64,000 nt of DNA from Neisseriaceae bacterium (GTDB lineage Bacteria; Pseudomonadota; Gammaproteobacteria; Burkholderiales; Neisseriaceae): contig JBBPJF010000003.1 of the NCBI GenBank assembly GCA_043842855.1, positions 118,906 to 182,905 of the forward strand, in the 5' to 3' direction. Position 1 is the stretch's first letter; each line of letters starts with the position of its first letter. Shown here in pieces: positions 60,201 to 64,000 of this stretch. Both the position numbers and the translations under genes were made by a program. The notes below the pieces were generated by a model. It did not search any database. It saw only the letters and a list, made by a program, of their open reading frames with translations, and had not been told where the DNA came from.

Positions 60201-61247
60201 ATGTTAGACGAAAAAAGTAAAGCTTTAAGCTCGGCCCTTGCTCAAATTGAGAGACAATTTGGTAAAGGTTCTATCATGCGAATGGATGGTTCTCATACTG
60301 AGGAAAATTTACAGGTAATATCTACTGGGTCTTTGGGATTGGATCTTGCCTTAGGTGTAGGAGGGCTGCCACGAGGCCGCATAGTAGAGATTTATGGACC
60401 AGAATCTTCAGGTAAAACCAGCCTTTGCCTGGAAATAATCGCACAGTGCCAAAAACAGGGTGGTACGTGTGCTTTTATCGATGCAGAAAACGCTTTTGAC
60501 CCCGCCTATGCTGGCAAATTGGGTGTAAAAGTCGCCGATCTATTGATATCACAACCAGATACTGGAGAGCAAGCACTGGAAATATGTGACATGCTAGTGC
60601 GTTCAGGAAGTTTGGATGTTATCGTGGTAGATTCAGTTGCAGCTCTAGTACCTAAGGCAGAAATCGAAGGTGAAATGGGGGATAGTCACATGGGCTTACA
60701 GGCTAGGCTAATGAGCCAAGCCTTAAGAAAGCTAACTGGAAATATTAAAAAAACTAACACGTTAGTGATTTTTATCAATCAGATACGTATGAAAATCGGA
60801 GTGATGTTTGGCAATCCAGAGACTACTACCGGGGGTAATGCACTGAAATTTTACGCTTCGGTACGCTTAGATATTCGCCGTATTGGTAATATCAAAAAAG
60901 GGGAAGAGATTTTAGGTAGTGAGACTCGTGTTAAAGTAGTTAAAAACAAGGTTGCCCCACCTTTTAAGCAAGCAGAATTTGATATTCTCTATGGAGAGGG
61001 CATTTCCTTGGAAGGTGAATTAATCGACCTTGGGGTTAAAACAGGACTAATCGAAAAATCAGGCTCCTGGTATTCTTATGCGGGTAACAAAATTGGTCAA
61101 GGAAAAGATAATACCCGACTATGGCTAAAGGAAAACTTAGAAATAGCTAGAGAAATCGAGCAGAAAATTCGCCAGGCCGTTATGCCATCTAAGGATGAAG
61201 GCATTGATTTAATAGACCTACATAGTGGGAATTCTAACGGGACTTAG
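60201..61247 (+). CDS. recA: Recombinase A
   Basis: 348 aa. GPESSGKT Walker [10 protein letters not shown], and the L1/L2 loops ([54 protein letters not shown]). Confidence 0.98.
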   Translation: MLDEKSKALSSALAQIERQFGKGSIMRMDGSHTEENLQVISTGSLGLDLALGVGGLPRGRIVEIYGPESSGKTSLCLEIIAQCQKQGGTCAFIDAENAFDPAYAGKLGVKVADLLISQPDTGEQALEICDMLVRSGSLDVIVVDSVAALVPKAEIEGEMGDSHMGLQARLMSQALRKLTGNIKKTNTLVIFINQIRMKIGVMFGNPETTTGGNALKFYASVRLDIRRIGNIKKGEEILGSETRVKVVKNKVAPPFKQAEFDILYGEGISLEGELIDLGVKTGLIEKSGSWYSYAGNKIGQGKDNTRLWLKENLEIAREIEQKIRQAVMPSKDEGIDLIDLHSGNSNGT

Positions 61248-61933
61248 TCGATAGTGCACGGTAGGATTTCAGTTTTTGCTTGACCATTTCTTGTAGTGTT
61301 TGTGCTGTCGCACGTCTCTCTAGGATTTTTAGCTGAAGGTTCGTTACCGTTTCGCTGGATACATTCCTCTAAATATTGATTCTTAAGTTCTACATAGTGC
61401 CTGGCTGAATGCAGGATAGTTTGTCGCTCTAATGGCTGGAGCTGACGAACTGCCCTTACTGGTACGCCAAAATATAAATAGCCACTTTCTAAATGTTTTC
61501 TGGGTGGAACTAAGGAGCCAGCACCTACTATTACATCGCTTTCGATCACTGCACCATCCAATACAGTGGTACTAATCCCTATTAAAACCCGGTCTGCAAT
61601 TGTACAGCCATGTAAAGTAACTCGATGTCCTATTGTGACATCCTGCCCAAGCTTAAGTGTATAACCTTCCTCCTGTTCTACACTGGGGGAGCTGACATGC
61701 AAAACTGATAAATCCTGAATATTCGTACGCGCTCCTATTTCTATTAAATTAACATCTCCCCGTATTACTACACCTGGCCAAATCGAAACATCTTCTGCTA
61801 TTATGACCTGACCAATGAGGATGCTACTATCATCTATATATACTCGTTTTCCTAACACTGGCCTTATATCAGCAAAGGCTCTCAAGGTTGCCACAGAATT
61901 TCCTCTAAAATAAATTTTTATATCAGTACTCAA
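61244..61933 (-). CDS. Gamma-carbonic-anhydrase-like / hexapeptide-repeat protein (YrdA/PaaY family) with C-terminal extension
   Basis: 229 aa left-handed beta-helix with hexapeptide repeats ([32 protein letters not shown]...LHGCTI). About 40 extra C-terminal residues relative to typical family members. Confidence 0.8.
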   Translation of the reverse strand: MSTDIKIYFRGNSVATLRAFADIRPVLGKRVYIDDSSILIGQVIIAEDVSIWPGVVIRGDVNLIEIGARTNIQDLSVLHVSSPSVEQEEGYTLKLGQDVTIGHRVTLHGCTIADRVLIGISTTVLDGAVIESDVIVGAGSLVPPRKHLESGYLYFGVPVRAVRQLQPLERQTILHSARHYVELKNQYLEECIQRNGNEPSAKNPRETCDSTNTTRNGQAKTEILPCTID

Positions 61934-61998
61934 AAAGCTACGCTTATAACATTATAATGGGGGAGCATTTCATTTAAAACTACGTACCGAGTCAAAGC

Positions 61999-63495
61999 AT
62001 GATGGCTTTTATTGCAATTGGTGATTTAGGCTCCAATAGTTTTCGCCTGGGCATTAGTAAAAATATAGATGGCCAATACCAGGTAGTGGACTCTCTCAAA
62101 GAGATGATTCATTTTGCAGCTGGGCTTGATGAAAATGATAATTTGGATATAGTTTCACAAAAACGTGCTTTAGAGTGTCTTGAAAGGTTTGGTGAGCGAC
62201 TACGGGGATTTAAAAAAAATCAAGTAAGAATCGTAGCTACTAATACTTTTAGAGTCGCAAAAAATATTGAAGATTTTCTTCCCAAAGCAGAGGCTGCCTT
62301 AAAATTTCCTATTGAAATTATTGGTGGATATGAAGAAGCAAGGTTGATCTATAAGGGGGTGCTTCATACCCTACGCTCTAAAGAAAAAAAAATTTTAGTA
62401 GTAGATATTGGAGGTGGTTCTACGGAATTTATCGTAGGTGCTGGCTCCTATCCTGAGATAGCAGAAAGCCTCCCAATGGGCTGCGTTAGCTACAGTAAAG
62501 CTTTCTTTTCACATGAAAATATTACGCAAAAGCACTTTAAAGAAGCTATTCATATGGCTCGTTCAACTTTGCAAGAATTACGACAAGAAATTGCCCAAAC
62601 TAGGTGGCAGTTAGCTATCGCTTCCTCTGGGACAGCCAAAACCATCCATGCATTAGCTATGGTCAAACAGCCTGATTGCAGAGGGTTCAATTATGATTTT
62701 CTAATCCACTTAAAAGATCAAATTGTTCAATATGGGAATGTTGAAAAAGCGAAACTCAAGGAAGTAAAAAATAGTCGTAGCTCAGTATTTGCTGGAGGCT
62801 TGGCTATCATGATAGCCATTTTTGAAGAGCTAAATATCCAATACATAGAGGCAACAGAAGCAAGCTTACGTGATGGTGTGTTATATGAATTTATTGGAAG
62901 ACAATTAGATCAAGATTTACGAAATGAAACTGTCAATACCTTCCAGAATCGCTACCATGTTGATTCTAAGCAGGCGAATAGAGTCACTACTATTGCCTCA
63001 GTTTTTTTTCAATCGTTTATCCAAAAAAAACTCCCCGATCAAGAACTGACTAACTGGAAACAATTTTTAATCTGGGCGGCACAACTACACGAAGTGGGCG
63101 TATTTATTTCTCATGCTAGTTATCAAAAACATTCTGCCTATATTCTTGAACATGCTGACATGCCTGGGTTTTCTCGTACTGAACAACAAATTTTATCTAG
63201 ACTAATTGGAGCACATCGAGGTGACTTAAAAAGATTGCCACTTTTAGCGAACGCTCCAGAACCGCTTTGGTATGCTGTGCTAGCACTTAGATTAGCCACC
63301 ATTTTCTGTCGGTCGCGCAATCCTCTTACTCTCCCGCAAAATGCCTCTCTTACTTATAAAAAAAAGAGCAAAGCTATTGTATTACATCTCTCTAAAACTT
63401 GGATGCGAGCTAACCCACTAACGAAAAGTATCTTGGAAACCGAAGCCCTTGCTTGGCGACAAATTGATTATCATTTTTCGGTGAAATTAACTTAA
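61999..63495 (+). CDS. ppx: Exopolyphosphatase / guanosine pentaphosphate phosphohydrolase
   Basis: 498 aa. ASKHA-fold motifs (AIGDLGSNSFRL, VVDIGGGSTEF), GYEEARLIYKGV, and a C-terminal HD-like domain. Confidence 0.88.
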   Translation: MMAFIAIGDLGSNSFRLGISKNIDGQYQVVDSLKEMIHFAAGLDENDNLDIVSQKRALECLERFGERLRGFKKNQVRIVATNTFRVAKNIEDFLPKAEAALKFPIEIIGGYEEARLIYKGVLHTLRSKEKKILVVDIGGGSTEFIVGAGSYPEIAESLPMGCVSYSKAFFSHENITQKHFKEAIHMARSTLQELRQEIAQTRWQLAIASSGTAKTIHALAMVKQPDCRGFNYDFLIHLKDQIVQYGNVEKAKLKEVKNSRSSVFAGGLAIMIAIFEELNIQYIEATEASLRDGVLYEFIGRQLDQDLRNETVNTFQNRYHVDSKQANRVTTIASVFFQSFIQKKLPDQELTNWKQFLIWAAQLHEVGVFISHASYQKHSAYILEHADMPGFSRTEQQILSRLIGAHRGDLKRLPLLANAPEPLWYAVLALRLATIFCRSRNPLTLPQNASLTYKKKSKAIVLHLSKTWMRANPLTKSILETEALAWRQIDYHFSVKLT

Positions 63496-64000
63496 TGAAA
63501 CTATTGATTACGGGCTCAGCAGGTCAACTAGGTCAAATTCTGGTTCCTATTTTAGAGCAGACTGACACGGTTTTTCCAAAAACGAAAGAACAATTAGACA
63601 TCACACAAATAGAACAAGTAAAAGAAATACTTGAAGAATTAAGGCCTGATTGTGTTATCAACCTTGCTGCCTTTACCCAAGTAGAGCTTGCTGAAACTCA
63701 AGGTAAAGTACAGTGTTATACAACCAATACTAAGGCAGTCGAAGGTTTAGCTTATTTATGCTACAGCTTAAATATCCGCCTAATACATATTTCTACTAAT
63801 TATGTTTTTTCAGGTAAGTATCCAAAACTTTACACTGAGCAGGACATAGCTGATCCAATTAACTATTATGGTTATTGTAAGCTTAAAGGGGAAGAAGCAG
63901 CCCTTAGAACCCATAAAAATACTATTATTCTACGCACTTCCTCTCTTTACAGTCCAGCGGGCGAAAATTTCGTCACCAAAGTTCTGAAAAAAATTGAACT
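63495..64000 (+). CDS. rfbD: dTDP-4-dehydrorhamnose reductase, N-terminal part (3' end outside window)
   Basis: ATG at 63495 overlaps the ppx TAA (TAATG). MKLLITGSAGQLG Rossmann motif, and STNYVFSG...PINYYGYCKLKGE (Y-xxx-K), typical of RmlD. The frame is open to the window end. Confidence 0.85.
   Translation, partial: MKLLITGSAGQLGQILVPILEQTDTVFPKTKEQLDITQIEQVKEILEELRPDCVINLAAFTQVELAETQGKVQCYTTNTKAVEGLAYLCYSLNIRLIHISTNYVFSGKYPKLYTEQDIADPINYYGYCKLKGEEAALRTHKNTIILRTSSLYSPAGENFVTKVLKKIE

Noticed and set aside
1-64000. CRISPR arrays, long tandem repeats, prophage or defence-island gene sets (restriction-modification, Abi, TA, CBASS, retron and similar).
   Set aside because: Reading through all spacers longer than 150 bp showed no regularly spaced repeats. 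Every multi-gene block has a conventional housekeeping assignment. The only nuclease-type mobile gene is the IS-borne tnpB.

Overview
This is a mostly housekeeping 64-kb chromosomal segment from an AT-rich Gram-negative bacterium. Protein signatures look gammaproteobacterial. gatCAB is present and there is no LexA box at recA, so a Legionellales-like host is possible, but that is only a guess. I can support about 55 protein-coding genes, 3 tRNAs (Glu-UUC, Arg-ACG, Ala-GGC), one IS200/IS605-family insertion sequence (tnpA intact, tnpB broken by one frameshift), one decayed amino-acid permease pseudogene, and a few sigma70-type promoters and intrinsic terminators. Gene order: trxB(partial)-hemN-fadH; sugar transferase; rmlC-rmlB-DUF1289-nucleoside hydrolase; GntR regulator; birA-allophanate hydrolase-urea carboxylase; two DUF805 paralogs; permease pseudogene; IS605-type element; tRNA-Glu/tRNA-Arg; rnc-era; holA-lptE-gatBAC-rarA; SnoaL-like; PPTase-leuA; ihfB-rpsA-cmk-trxA; clpX-clpP-tig; PLP decarboxylase; tRNA-Ala; yeaQ-like; ogt; TraB/GumN; NTF2-like; GDSL autotransporter; hrpA; small lipoprotein; prfA; recC-recB-membrane protein-recA; gamma-CA-like; ppx; rfbD(partial). 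The only clearly accessory or decaying patch is about 15.6-21.4 kb. I saw no CRISPR array, prophage, toxin-antitoxin pair or recognisable defence island, and I found no convincing evidence for a new multi-gene system. The items most worth follow-up are: the nearly intact RNA-guided-nuclease gene tnpB with its right-end RNA region; the urea carboxylase/allophanate hydrolase/birA operon with a 0.8-kb ORF-free leader; recC-recB without recD, followed by a small membrane protein and recA; the tandem DUF805 genes with a GC-rich repeat-flanked spacer; and a lipase-type autotransporter. ORF coordinates include the stop codon. Several starts were moved inward from the ORF track on homology and RBS grounds.
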